Shown: piece after piece, positions 1-9,721 of the stretch
Numbering within the stretch: the stretch's first letter is position 1
Layout: the number at the start of each line of letters is the position of its first letter
Position numbers and translations under genes: made by a program
Assembly (NCBI GenBank): GCA_045605805.1
Contig: JAZUQR010000026.1
Coordinates: 11,316-75,315 of the forward strand
Length of the DNA stretch: 64,000 nucleotides
Origin: Alphaproteobacteria bacterium
Lineage (GTDB): Bacteria > Pseudomonadota > Alphaproteobacteria > CAAHEQ01 > UBA3637
Direction: 5' to 3'
The notes under the pieces: generated by a model
What the model was told of the DNA's origin: nothing
The model's database searches: none
Seen by the model: the letters and a program-made list of their open reading frames with translations, nothing else

Positions 1-17
1 CTTATTGCTCGGCTGTT

Positions 18-2381
18 TTAGCGTTGGCGCCCCTTAAATGTGAGAAGAAGATGCTCGGTCTCTTGCAGCTCAGTCAATTGGTCCTGAAGCGTTATCGGGC
101 CTCCATTTTTAAGTTGCTCAAACTTCTTAGAAGCTTTTTCAAAACGGTCATTCAATAATTGCTGTTCAGGGATCAGTACACCTTTTTTAGCAGAATACCA
201 TTTGCCATCCTTTTGGGTAAAAGTTCTTATGTTTCCGCTGTTTAGTTGCATTGTAATTGACTTATTCTTAAGATCATAGGAACAAAACCCTTCACTCTTA
301 TTTTCTTTGCTGTCATAGCTAAAAGTAATGGTTTTGCTTTTCAAATCCACCTCAGTAGTAAAGGTTGTCTGCTCCCTCTCTTTCTGCATTGTGATAAGAT
401 TTTCTGCCTCGTTCTCCGTTTCATCGGCAATACCTTTACCGGATTTCCGTTCTGCTCCCAAAAGAGTCAAAGCCTGTAAAGCCTCGGCCGGCATAATTTT
501 TGTTTCGGACAAAAGCTTAAACATATCTGCATTTTTGGCGTCAGCCAACATATCCGCCAAATAGTCATTCATTTGCTTGCCAAGATCAGGATATTGCGCC
601 TGTAAATCCGCCAATTTATCCATCCCTTTGAAATTGGGGTCGTTCCAAATGGCTTCCAATTTTTCGGCAAAATCCCTCATTTCAGGATGTTGTTTGGAAT
701 CTCGGTACAGACTCTTCAAATACATCTGTTGAAATTGCAATATAGCAGCGGCCGAATTCATCAACCCCAATACATGGGCATCTTGTGGGGCAAGTTGCGC
801 ATTGCCCTTCATCAAGGCTTCCAAACTGACACCGGCGTTTAATGCCTGTTGCAGGTCATAACCACCAATCATAATGTTTGCACCGTTTTGGTTGCCAAAG
901 TTAAGATTGCTGCCAATCACAGGGCCATAGATATTGATAACAGTGCCGTTTCCGCCATTACCGCCATTTCCACCATTTCCACCATTACCGCCATTGGGAT
1001 TATTCTCATCTGATGGGTTATTACCAGCGTTATTATGAAACGGCTCTTTTGAATCCCACTTACCCCATTTATCTTCACTCAAACGCAGGTTGCGATTTTT
1101 AACCCATTCATCAAAGTTTGCCATCATAGTGGCCAGATTTTGCAAAGGCATCAACAAAAGGCCTTCACAAAAAGTAGCACCCATATCCAATGGATCTGCC
1201 TTGGATAAAACATTCTTTTGATAAGAATCCCAAGTTTTTTCCCAACTTTTGGCAACAACATCGTTCAAGAAAGAATCCAACCCCACATAATTGGAAGAAG
1301 ATTTGGCAGGGGAAGCATTTTTTGTTAAAGCGTTTTTCAACGCATCAGAATGTTCGGGTTTAAGTTTTAAGCCAACAATTGTATCACCATCTTTGTCAAC
1401 AATATTGTCAGCAGTCACACCGCCACCAATGGTACCAACGATGTCTTTGACGATTTTGTCTTTCAAGCTATCAGGGAGGTCTTTCAAACTAAACTTTGTT
1501 TCGCCAGAATCCCAACCTTTATAATTATTTTTGTCTTTGTGTTTGTTGTATAAAGGAACAGCCCCCTCCAACCCCTTTTCCGCCAAGTCGTTGACAATAG
1601 GTTGCAGTTGTGTTTTCAACGCTTTAGGCGCTTCGGCAAGATTGTTGGTTCTTCTTTTAATGGCAGACAGTGCCTCATTCAAAGCGTCTTTTGCAGTCGT
1701 ATCGCCATCTTGAAAAGCCTGAATACGGTTTGTATCGGTCAATATCTCCATCATCTTTTTCAGATCAATATCTTTATCGGACGTTTCAGGAGAATCGGAT
1801 TCACGGTCATTAGAAGGTTCAGACTCGGCGGCCTCGTTATAAGCGGTTTGTAATTTCTTAAAGGCCTCCGACATCAAGCTCAAATCTGTATTGCCTTCGT
1901 TTTTATACTCCTCCAAAGTTTTAGTTTCCCCAATACTTTTCATAATATCGTCCCAAACCTTTTGCACTAAAAGTGGGGGCAGATTGTCTATATTATCAAA
2001 CCCTTCCAAAAGGTAATAGTCGTCAGGGTCTCCTGGTATTTGTTTAAATTTGCTCAAATCTTTATGTTTTGTGTAATGTTTAAGAGCCTCAGGAAAACGT
2101 TCGCCAAAATCTTGTTCGGCAATTTTATGAATTATTTCTAAGGCCTGATCCTTTTCGTCCGAGGGCTCTGCGTCGTTAACTTTTTGTGCCAAAAGTTTAA
2201 TAGCTGTGTTATAAGAAGTTTTTAGAGCATCATCATCAGAGTTTAGTGCATCGACAGAGTTATCTCTAAGATAATCTGTCAAGTCATCATCAGAGTTTAG
2301 CACATTGTTAAAGTTATCATTAAGATAATCTGTCAATTCTGCAATGCTGTCTTCCTCTAATTTGTTTGGACCAAGAGTCAT
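18..2381 (-). CDS. Large hypothetical protein (787 aa), acidic, with N-terminal 18-aa duplication and GGN repeat linker
   Basis: Long ORF with AAGGAGG RBS; no recognisable family; divergent from the VirB6-like cluster. Confidence 0.8.
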   Translation of the reverse strand: MTLGPNKLEEDSIAELTDYLNDNFNNVLNSDDDLTDYLRDNSVDALNSDDDALKTSYNTAIKLLAQKVNDAEPSDEKDQALEIIHKIAEQDFGERFPEALKHYTKHKDLSKFKQIPGDPDDYYLLEGFDNIDNLPPLLVQKVWDDIMKSIGETKTLEEYKNEGNTDLSLMSEAFKKLQTAYNEAAESEPSNDRESDSPETSDKDIDLKKMMEILTDTNRIQAFQDGDTTAKDALNEALSAIKRRTNNLAEAPKALKTQLQPIVNDLAEKGLEGAVPLYNKHKDKNNYKGWDSGETKFSLKDLPDSLKDKIVKDIVGTIGGGVTADNIVDKDGDTIVGLKLKPEHSDALKNALTKNASPAKSSSNYVGLDSFLNDVVAKSWEKTWDSYQKNVLSKADPLDMGATFCEGLLLMPLQNLATMMANFDEWVKNRNLRLSEDKWGKWDSKEPFHNNAGNNPSDENNPNGGNGGNGGNGGNGGNGTVINIYGPVIGSNLNFGNQNGANIMIGGYDLQQALNAGVSLEALMKGNAQLAPQDAHVLGLMNSAAAILQFQQMYLKSLYRDSKQHPEMRDFAEKLEAIWNDPNFKGMDKLADLQAQYPDLGKQMNDYLADMLADAKNADMFKLLSETKIMPAEALQALTLLGAERKSGKGIADETENEAENLITMQKEREQTTFTTEVDLKSKTITFSYDSKENKSEGFCSYDLKNKSITMQLNSGNIRTFTQKDGKWYSAKKGVLIPEQQLLNDRFEKASKKFEQLKNGGPITLQDQLTELQETEHLLLTFKGRQR
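946..996 (-). repeat. (GGN)n low-complexity coding repeat
   Basis: NPNGGNGGNGGNGGNGGNGT in translation; imperfect 9-bp DNA period. Confidence 0.85.
2230..2336 (-). repeat. Two imperfect 54-bp tandem copies (LTDYLxDNxxxxLNSDDD)
   Basis: tcatcatcagagtttag...taagataatctgtcaa at 2230 and 2284. Confidence 0.85.
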
Positions 2382-2532
2382 AGGTTTCCTCCTTAAAAAC
2401 AGTTATTTCTACTAACAATTATACCATGCTTTAAGGTGATGTCAACAAAATAATGCATAAAAAAATAAAAAATGTTGATTTTTGAAAAAAAGATTGGTAA
2501 GCTGAAAAAAAGTTGTAAAACAAGGGGGTTTT

Positions 2533-4338
2533 ATGAAGAAAAAACAATGGATGCTTCTTTGCTTTTTGGGAATCTTATTTTTTGCAAAAACGGCCTGTGC
2601 GGCAATTGTATATAAAGCAACATTGGCTGCCTATAATGCCATAGATAACGGCTGTTGGTTTTGTGGTGTTTTTGGAACCCTGTTTGATGTTATGAATGAT
2701 ATCACAACCAATATGTGTGAAGATATGCAAGGCACATTTTTGATGTTACTTGGTTTGTTTATGTTGTTTTGGTTGGCGATGCGGGTGGGTAAAGTCGTGT
2801 TGGATATTTCTCCCAATCCAGACACTTCTTTTGTGCCGGATTTGCTCAAACAAATACTGAAAGTCACAGCGGCTTCCTTGTTGATTTCTGGATATATTTA
2901 TGTGTTTCATAATGTCATAGGTCCTGCTTTGGAATTGAGTATTGGTGTTGGGAATCGGATAATGATGATGCAAGACCCTGGAACAATTGTTGAGGCCAGT
3001 CGGACAAGTGCCCAAGGGACTGTAGCAAGCACAGAAAAGAGTATCTGTCAGGAGTTACATGATGCAATGGAAGAGGCAAAAAGTCAAAACGACACCGAAG
3101 GAGACAAGGCCTTTTCAAAGGTGACCAAAGAGGCCTTCTTGTGCTATATCAGAACGGCCAGTGCCGCTATGATAAACGGCATGGCGTTGGGCATAACGGC
3201 AGCACTGTCGTGGTATGAGATGAATTTTTGGAATAAATTTACTCATTTTGACATAATACTTGTGGGTACAACCCTATATTGGTGTTTCTTTATGCTCTTT
3301 GTTTACTTTCCAGTGCAGTTGTTTGACCCATTATTAAACCTTGTTTTTGTGTCAGCTATGTACCCATTGTGGATGGTTTTGGCTGTTTTTAATTCGACAA
3401 AAGGCTATGCAAATAAAGCCAAAGATCTGTTTTTAAGCGTGTTGGTTCATTTGATTGTTATTTCTATTATAGGGATGTTGGCTATTCAAGTAATGGGTTT
3501 TGCCTTGGGAACAGCTGCTGAACGTCATCAGATAGAGCAAGCATTGCTAAATGGTGCTTCTGCTGGCACAGTGTTTTCCAATATGGTAAATCAAAGAATA
3601 TGGGTCGTGTTGGCTTTGGGAATTATGGCGTTCAACTTGATGAAACAAGCTCCCAAAATTGCCTCTAACTTCCAAGCAGGTGTCAGTATGGGTGGAAATG
3701 ACGCCATGGGTCGTATAACAGGCAGTGCTTTGAAGCTAAGCACAAATGCGGCGGCAAGTGGGATATCTGCCGGTGCGCATGCGGTGCAAGGTGGTGTGTC
3801 AAGAATGGCTCAACGAAACGATGGGTTGGGACGAGTGGGGCGCAATCTGCAACGGGCAGGCGATGCAGCAACGGCCGCTGTCTCCACAGGCTTAGCTATA
3901 AGTACATTCGGTATGCTTGGCACTTCCAGTGCAGCCACCTCTATAAGAAGATTGGCCAAAGGGCGATCACCTTTTTTGGATGGTAAAGAGATGAAGAATA
4001 GTAAAGGTGAGACCTACACATTTAACAGCAAAAAGAATATCATGGGCAAAAAGGATGCCCAGGGGAATGCGTATAAAATTGATAATAATACCGGGGTATA
4101 TGAATCACAGGATAAATACGGTAAAACGCTTGGAAAATATGATTCAAAACATCAAGAGGTCTCTTTGGATGGAAGGAATTATAAAATTGTCGGGGGCACA
4201 GTGAAGACAATGGATGATAAAGCTGTGGGTAGCAGTATTGCTAACCGTGTGTTGCAATTCCAAAAAGAAGCTGAGGCTAACATAAATCATGTGAATAGAG
4301 TATACGGTGCGCTGAAAAAAAAGGGAAAAATTAAATGA
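2533..4338 (+). CDS. VirB6/TrbL-like polytopic membrane protein 1 (CWFC motif, Gly/Ala-rich then soluble C-terminal tail)
   Basis: Signal peptide, multiple TM segments, QAPKIASNF followed by Gly/Ala-rich stretch as in TrbL/VirB6. Confidence 0.65.
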   Translation: MKKKQWMLLCFLGILFFAKTACAAIVYKATLAAYNAIDNGCWFCGVFGTLFDVMNDITTNMCEDMQGTFLMLLGLFMLFWLAMRVGKVVLDISPNPDTSFVPDLLKQILKVTAASLLISGYIYVFHNVIGPALELSIGVGNRIMMMQDPGTIVEASRTSAQGTVASTEKSICQELHDAMEEAKSQNDTEGDKAFSKVTKEAFLCYIRTASAAMINGMALGITAALSWYEMNFWNKFTHFDIILVGTTLYWCFFMLFVYFPVQLFDPLLNLVFVSAMYPLWMVLAVFNSTKGYANKAKDLFLSVLVHLIVISIIGMLAIQVMGFALGTAAERHQIEQALLNGASAGTVFSNMVNQRIWVVLALGIMAFNLMKQAPKIASNFQAGVSMGGNDAMGRITGSALKLSTNAAASGISAGAHAVQGGVSRMAQRNDGLGRVGRNLQRAGDAATAAVSTGLAISTFGMLGTSSAATSIRRLAKGRSPFLDGKEMKNSKGETYTFNSKKNIMGKKDAQGNAYKIDNNTGVYESQDKYGKTLGKYDSKHQEVSLDGRNYKIVGGTVKTMDDKAVGSSIANRVLQFQKEAEANINHVNRVYGALKKKGKIK

Positions 4339-5678
4339 AACAAATAACAAAAAACATTTTAACAATTGTTTTTTTGATACTTGTTTGTGTGGCACTTTCA
4401 GCATGTGAAGCACCCAAGTTTGACCCAAACGATGGAAGTGCTACAATTAAAAATTGCTGGACCTGTGCGATTTATGGCTCTGTTTTTAATTTTATCAATT
4501 CAGTTGTGAAGGACTCTGTTTCAACTTCACTGTCTGTTGCTCAATTCTTGTTGGGTGCAGGGTTGTTGTTGTTTTTGCTGAAACAAGTGGGGTCAATCAT
4601 GATTTTTGCAAGTGAAGCAGACATGCAAAAAACCATGAAAGAAACGGGTTATACGATTTTGAAAGCCATGATAATCTCATTCATCATTTACCGACAAGAT
4701 TGGTTTATGCAAACAATCAAGGATGTGCTGATTTATCCAATTGGCAGTTTTATAATGATGATGGGCAATGCTGTTTTAGACAGTATTCCAGAGAGCAGTT
4801 CCTATTTTAGCGGGGTTCAAGGCTTGTCAAAAGACGGTACAAGTTTGATAGAAATAGGGGGAAAATTAGTCCCATTTGATGAAACAGCAAGCCTTTTTGG
4901 TGATATTGGGATTCAGGTTCAATATATAGTAGCTCGGCTTTTTGCTTCGTTCAAAGGTGGCTTTGATTTGGGAAAACGGATCATTCAAGAAGGGGATATA
5001 TATGCTTGGGCAGTTGGCTTGTTCTTTATGTGGGAAGTGGCCGATATAATGTTTATTTTTCCATTTGCTTTTGTGGACGCATTCCTCATCTTGGTTCTTT
5101 ATGTGACGCTGTTTCCCATTGCGTTGGCACTGTGGGTGTTTCCACAAACAAAGAAATATTTTTCAAAAGTTTTTCCCGCCCCGTTTATAAGCCCCTTTTT
5201 GGATATATTGTTTGGCATAATTATTGTGACGCTGATGATGAGCATGGCTCAAATCTATGGTGATGTGGGCTTAGGGAATCTGATGAGTGGAGAAGCACAA
5301 GTAAATCGTTCGGATATTGCAGAAGGGGCTGCCAATGGTAAGCCGAATGTAATTATCATGCTTTTGTTAATTATGTGTGTCAAAAAAATGGCATTGAATA
5401 TTTCGGATTTCAGTGCTCAATTCGGGGGTGAAGCTGCCCCTGCTGGTCTGTTTGCAACATTAAAGAAAGTACAAGATACAGTGAAAAAAATCGTGGCCCA
5501 AGTTGCCTTGGCATTTGCTACCGGTGGTGGCAGTTTGGCCGCAACTGTGGCAAAAGAAGCCTCTAAAGAAGCAGCAAAACAAGCAATGGCCGCCGCCGCT
5601 GAATCCATGAGTAAAGCGGCCCCCAAAAAGGAATTGAAAGATGAAGAGGCCGAAAAACCAAAACCGGAGGGCGCATGA
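4335..5678 (+). CDS. VirB6/TrbL-like membrane protein 2, possible lipoprotein (LSAC; CWTC motif)
   Basis: ATGA overlap with previous gene; LFPIALALWVFPQTKKYF segment resembles VirB6 core. Confidence 0.65.
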   Translation: MKQITKNILTIVFLILVCVALSACEAPKFDPNDGSATIKNCWTCAIYGSVFNFINSVVKDSVSTSLSVAQFLLGAGLLLFLLKQVGSIMIFASEADMQKTMKETGYTILKAMIISFIIYRQDWFMQTIKDVLIYPIGSFIMMMGNAVLDSIPESSSYFSGVQGLSKDGTSLIEIGGKLVPFDETASLFGDIGIQVQYIVARLFASFKGGFDLGKRIIQEGDIYAWAVGLFFMWEVADIMFIFPFAFVDAFLILVLYVTLFPIALALWVFPQTKKYFSKVFPAPFISPFLDILFGIIIVTLMMSMAQIYGDVGLGNLMSGEAQVNRSDIAEGAANGKPNVIIMLLLIMCVKKMALNISDFSAQFGGEAAPAGLFATLKKVQDTVKKIVAQVALAFATGGGSLAATVAKEASKEAAKQAMAAAAESMSKAAPKKELKDEEAEKPKPEGA

Positions 5679-8041
5679 AGAAAATAAAATATCTATTGAA
5701 TCGCCTGTGTTTTGTTGGAGCTGCATTGTTTGGAATATGGGGGTGTTCTTTTCTGCCAACAACATTGTTGTCAGAAATGGGAAAAGTGTTTTGGGTACTC
5801 TCTGGTTTTGTGTTGGCCGTCTTTTGTGTGCTATGCCTAAAACGATATAAGAAAACAGCCATGACGCTTGTGGTGTGTTTTTTATGTGGGTCGGCCCAAG
5901 CCCAATTTGAAGATAGGTGTGCGGTTGTAATGCAATCTTCGGTGGAAGAGGGAAATTGGTGTCTGTATGAAGGAATGATACAAAAGTTTGGCAGTCAGAC
6001 TTGTTCGTTTATGAAGAGTTTTAATCCGACTAAAGTCAGGAAACGCCAAAGAGACAGAGAAGAAATGATGGAGCGGATTGCCAATGCCGATGGGATTTTG
6101 GATGCCTATAATGCATTAGATGAAGGAAGAAAAAACGCACTGGCCTTAAATTGTCAAAGATTGACCCCAGAAGAAACAGAGTTACCTGTTCAAAAAAAAG
6201 TCGATAAGTTAAAAAATGCAACGCATCCTGTTTGTTGTGCCGAAAATCTTCAATCATTGTACCAGATATATAACAGCCAATTTTCCAGCCGAGATATTGA
6301 AACTTTGCCAACGATGTTGATGGATGAAAAAAATCAATGCTGGGTGTGTGATGTGGTGTATATTTTAATCAATCTGGCCAATACAATGGCATACCGAGCC
6401 GCCCCGCAAATGGCCGTTGTGGGTTTGTTCTTTTTGAAGTGGGCCTTTGTGTTTTGGTTGGTGTTAAAAATCGGCATGTTGTTTATGAATAGAAACATCA
6501 ATGGAAAACCATACAGCGGAGGTACTTTTTTCCAAGAATTACTCATCCGCTTGCTGTGTGTAGGCTTGGCAGCCATTGTGATTACGGATACAGCCCAAAA
6601 AGTAAATGATTCACCAACCAGTGCTGTGACTGATGTTGAAAAAGGAACCATGTTGGATGAAGCATATAGCAAGTTGTTGAATCCGCCGTTGGAGTTGATT
6701 GCCGAAGTTGGTATCAACATTTCCGATAACCTACGCAAGGGCGAAGGCACATTTTTTGGTATGGTTGCAGAAAGGGTTAAACAATCACCGAATTACGGTT
6801 TTGACTTAAATACAAGTGATTATTGTAAAACCAGTTTTGATATAAAACGTTCCTCTTTGCAACAGAAATTGACAAGTCCAACCAGCAAAGCAAAAGAGGT
6901 GATGGATGGGATCTATACAGGGCGTGTCATAGGCGAAGATTTAACAAAAAAAATGTTATGTTTAACACAACAGGCGTTTCGTGGGGTGTCACCTCTTGCC
7001 ACACTGGGATCGTTGTTTTTGACGGATGGCATCAAAAATGGTGAATCGTTGCCACTTGGGATGGGAAGACTGCCAAAGTTAGCCCAATGTATTTATGGTT
7101 TAGTAATGATGCTTTGTTGTTGGTCGCTGGGAATATCTGTGGCCTTCCGATTGATAGATATCACCATACGCCTGTCAATTTTTATTTTGTTGGCACCAAT
7201 TTTAATCGCTTTGGCGGTGTTTCCAATTACCCGTGATAAAGCAAAAGCTGGCGTAAGATTTATGGTAAGTGCAATCATGGGCTTCATAGAAATTTCCATA
7301 GGTGTCGCCCTTGTCATTCCATTCTTCATGGGTGCCATAGCACGCACTGAGGCACAAAAAGAGGCCTTGCTTGATGCGATGGTGGCACCGTCCAGTTCCA
7401 AATATGTATCCAATTTGTATGATATTTTTTCAAGTGGCGGGTTTATCACATTTGTGTTGGTCAGTTCTATCTGTTGGATGGGTAAGTTTTTGTTAGATGC
7501 CTCACAAAAGTTCTTTAATCATATTTTTGGCACACAAAATGTGGGACAAATGGGTGGTGCCTCAATGGCAGGGGTTGCTGCGGATATGCGTGGTGCAATT
7601 GGGGGTGTGGCTGATTGGACAAAAACCGACCGTGCCAAAATGATTGGGGCGGCCGCCAAAAATACCAAAGTAGGACGTGGTATGACCAAAATGCAACAGG
7701 GGATTAAAAACTCGGCTGCCGGAGCAAAAAGATATGTGCAAGGTAAGGCTTCGCAAGCCTCAAATTATGTAAAGAACAGCAAGGTTGGTCGAGCCGCTTC
7801 GGCCGCAAAAAATGGCGTAAAAAATGTGGGACAAAAGGTGGCCAATTCAAAGGTTGGACAAGCCGCAAAAACCCTTGCCAATTCAAAGGTTGGACGTTTT
7901 GCAAAGGGCACAGGCAAAGTGGCAGGAGGTGTCTTAAAAGGGGTTGGCTCTATGGGTAAAGAAATGTTGCAACGAAGTGGAAAATTTGTTAAAGATCAAG
8001 CCAAAAAAGGCGTACATGACTTCTTCCATCCCAAAGAATAA
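5675..8041 (+). CDS. VirB6/TrbL-like membrane protein 3 (CWVC motif, basic repetitive C-terminal tail)
   Basis: ILLAPILIALAVFPITRDKA VirB6-like core; NSKVG repeats in tail; ATGA overlap. Confidence 0.7.
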   Translation: MKKIKYLLNRLCFVGAALFGIWGCSFLPTTLLSEMGKVFWVLSGFVLAVFCVLCLKRYKKTAMTLVVCFLCGSAQAQFEDRCAVVMQSSVEEGNWCLYEGMIQKFGSQTCSFMKSFNPTKVRKRQRDREEMMERIANADGILDAYNALDEGRKNALALNCQRLTPEETELPVQKKVDKLKNATHPVCCAENLQSLYQIYNSQFSSRDIETLPTMLMDEKNQCWVCDVVYILINLANTMAYRAAPQMAVVGLFFLKWAFVFWLVLKIGMLFMNRNINGKPYSGGTFFQELLIRLLCVGLAAIVITDTAQKVNDSPTSAVTDVEKGTMLDEAYSKLLNPPLELIAEVGINISDNLRKGEGTFFGMVAERVKQSPNYGFDLNTSDYCKTSFDIKRSSLQQKLTSPTSKAKEVMDGIYTGRVIGEDLTKKMLCLTQQAFRGVSPLATLGSLFLTDGIKNGESLPLGMGRLPKLAQCIYGLVMMLCCWSLGISVAFRLIDITIRLSIFILLAPILIALAVFPITRDKAKAGVRFMVSAIMGFIEISIGVALVIPFFMGAIARTEAQKEALLDAMVAPSSSKYVSNLYDIFSSGGFITFVLVSSICWMGKFLLDASQKFFNHIFGTQNVGQMGGASMAGVAADMRGAIGGVADWTKTDRAKMIGAAAKNTKVGRGMTKMQQGIKNSAAGAKRYVQGKASQASNYVKNSKVGRAASAAKNGVKNVGQKVANSKVGQAAKTLANSKVGRFAKGTGKVAGGVLKGVGSMGKEMLQRSGKFVKDQAKKGVHDFFHPKE

Positions 8042-8131
8042 GATTTTTGTCTAAAAAAAACATTTTTTTTCATTTTGTCTATTTTCATATTTGTTTTTTT
8101 GGTGTATAGTATCCCAAAAAGGAGAGGAACG

Positions 8132-9118
8132 ATGGAAGAAATTGTGTTTCCCAATCAAATCAGAATGATGCGTCGTGTGTCTGGTAAATCTATGCAAGAT
8201 GTGGCCGACTTGTTGAATTTAAGCATTTCTGCGGTCAGCAAAATTGAAAAAGGATACCGCCGCCTAAACGAAGCTCAGCTGAAACAGATTGCGGCTTTTG
8301 TGGATTGCCCTGTTGGTTCATTGTTTGTGGCCGAAGGATCGGCGCAACCGGAAGTGATTCAAGCATGGAAAGAAGAACAAGGGCGTCGCCATAAAATGAA
8401 CGAGGGGGGCGGCTTAAAAACTTTGGGGGCAGGTTTGCGTTATCTGCGTGGCCAAAGAAAAATCACATTGTCTGCGTTGGCCAAAGGGGCCAATATGACC
8501 TTGTCTGTCTATCACCGTATAGAAATGGGTCAACGGGAAGTGGATGAAGCTGCCTTTGAAGCAATTGCTCGTGCTTTGGGGATGACAGCCTCAGATTTAC
8601 AAAAGCGCATCTATGATTTGGATATGTCCGGAGCTTTGGAGGATTTGAAAAATAATGAATCACGCACAGGCATCAATCTGTTCAAGGGGGGATACAATGA
8701 TTTGCCGATAAGTCGCTTGATGCTAAGGCGTGCTGAAGATCAAGAAGTGACAGTGCCGATTGAAGCATTTCCGGCGCAGGATGGAAAAATATATCGGGAT
8801 AAAACACATTCTGTGGGGGCTGTGGTTTGTCCATCCACTTTGGCGAATGACCCAGGGCTGTATGCCATTCGTTTGGGGTCACGAGAATCGTTTGCAGGTG
8901 TGTTGCCGCCAAGTTCTGTGTTAGTTGTTTCACCAACAATGCCTCTGCGTGATAGTGATTTGGCAATTTTCTTGAAAGAGGAAAATGAAATTGAAGTTGT
9001 GCGTGTGCATAAAACCGAAGGGCAAGAGGTGCAACTGTTCAGCTTTGCCACCGGACAAACATACACCGAAATAACTATGAAGAACTTGCAAAAAGTTGTT
9101 TGGATTGCAATGTTGTAA
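8132..9118 (+). CDS. Transcriptional regulator with two XRE/Cro HTH domains and degenerate S24-like C-terminal domain
   Basis: SMQDVADLLNLSISAVSKIEKG and TLSALAKGANMTLSVYHRIEMG; GGAGAGG RBS before ATG 8132. Confidence 0.8.
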   Translation: MEEIVFPNQIRMMRRVSGKSMQDVADLLNLSISAVSKIEKGYRRLNEAQLKQIAAFVDCPVGSLFVAEGSAQPEVIQAWKEEQGRRHKMNEGGGLKTLGAGLRYLRGQRKITLSALAKGANMTLSVYHRIEMGQREVDEAAFEAIARALGMTASDLQKRIYDLDMSGALEDLKNNESRTGINLFKGGYNDLPISRLMLRRAEDQEVTVPIEAFPAQDGKIYRDKTHSVGAVVCPSTLANDPGLYAIRLGSRESFAGVLPPSSVLVVSPTMPLRDSDLAIFLKEENEIEVVRVHKTEGQEVQLFSFATGQTYTEITMKNLQKVVWIAML

Positions 9119-9127
9119 AGGGGAAGC

Positions 9128-9712
9128 ATGATTGATAAACAAACAGAAGTCCAAAATCAATTTCATTCTTTTTTGAAACAAAAGAACGCTAAAACAAATG
9201 TGGCTATGCAAGAAGCCCAAAGGCTTGTCAATTTATATCGTGTGTTGAATGAATTGGGCGGAGATTTTGTGGATACCTATAATATAATGCTTCAAAATGC
9301 ATCCAGTGAAGCCAAATCCTCTTTGAATGCATTAGTGGGCGGGCAGGAAGTGCGTCAGTACCTTGAGTTTTTGATGGAAAAAAATCATATCAAGGAAGAA
9401 CAAGAAGAAGGTACAGCAAAACAAGTGGGATGGTTGCCGTCCCCCGAACAAGAAAGAAATTCACCCCAAAACCAAAACGGATATGCTGTGTCGCCTGAAC
9501 AATGGGAACAATTTGTGGCACAGCAAGAACAAAAGTGGGCGCAAATGGTGGCCGATTTGAAAGAAGAACATAAACAAGAATTAAATCGTTTGATGAACCA
9601 ATTTTCTGTGGCCTTGCAAACCAAACAAACGCCGGCACAAGCCTATACGCCTCCGCCACCGGCTGGGCAACAGCTAGAACCATCTTATTCCGAAATTATT
9701 GAAGAAAAATAA
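9128..9712 (+). CDS. Hypothetical Gln-rich coiled-coil protein
   Basis: ORF with RBS, operonic spacing. Confidence 0.75.
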   Translation: MIDKQTEVQNQFHSFLKQKNAKTNVAMQEAQRLVNLYRVLNELGGDFVDTYNIMLQNASSEAKSSLNALVGGQEVRQYLEFLMEKNHIKEEQEEGTAKQVGWLPSPEQERNSPQNQNGYAVSPEQWEQFVAQQEQKWAQMVADLKEEHKQELNRLMNQFSVALQTKQTPAQAYTPPPPAGQQLEPSYSEIIEEK

Positions 9713-9721
9713 GGAGACAAA

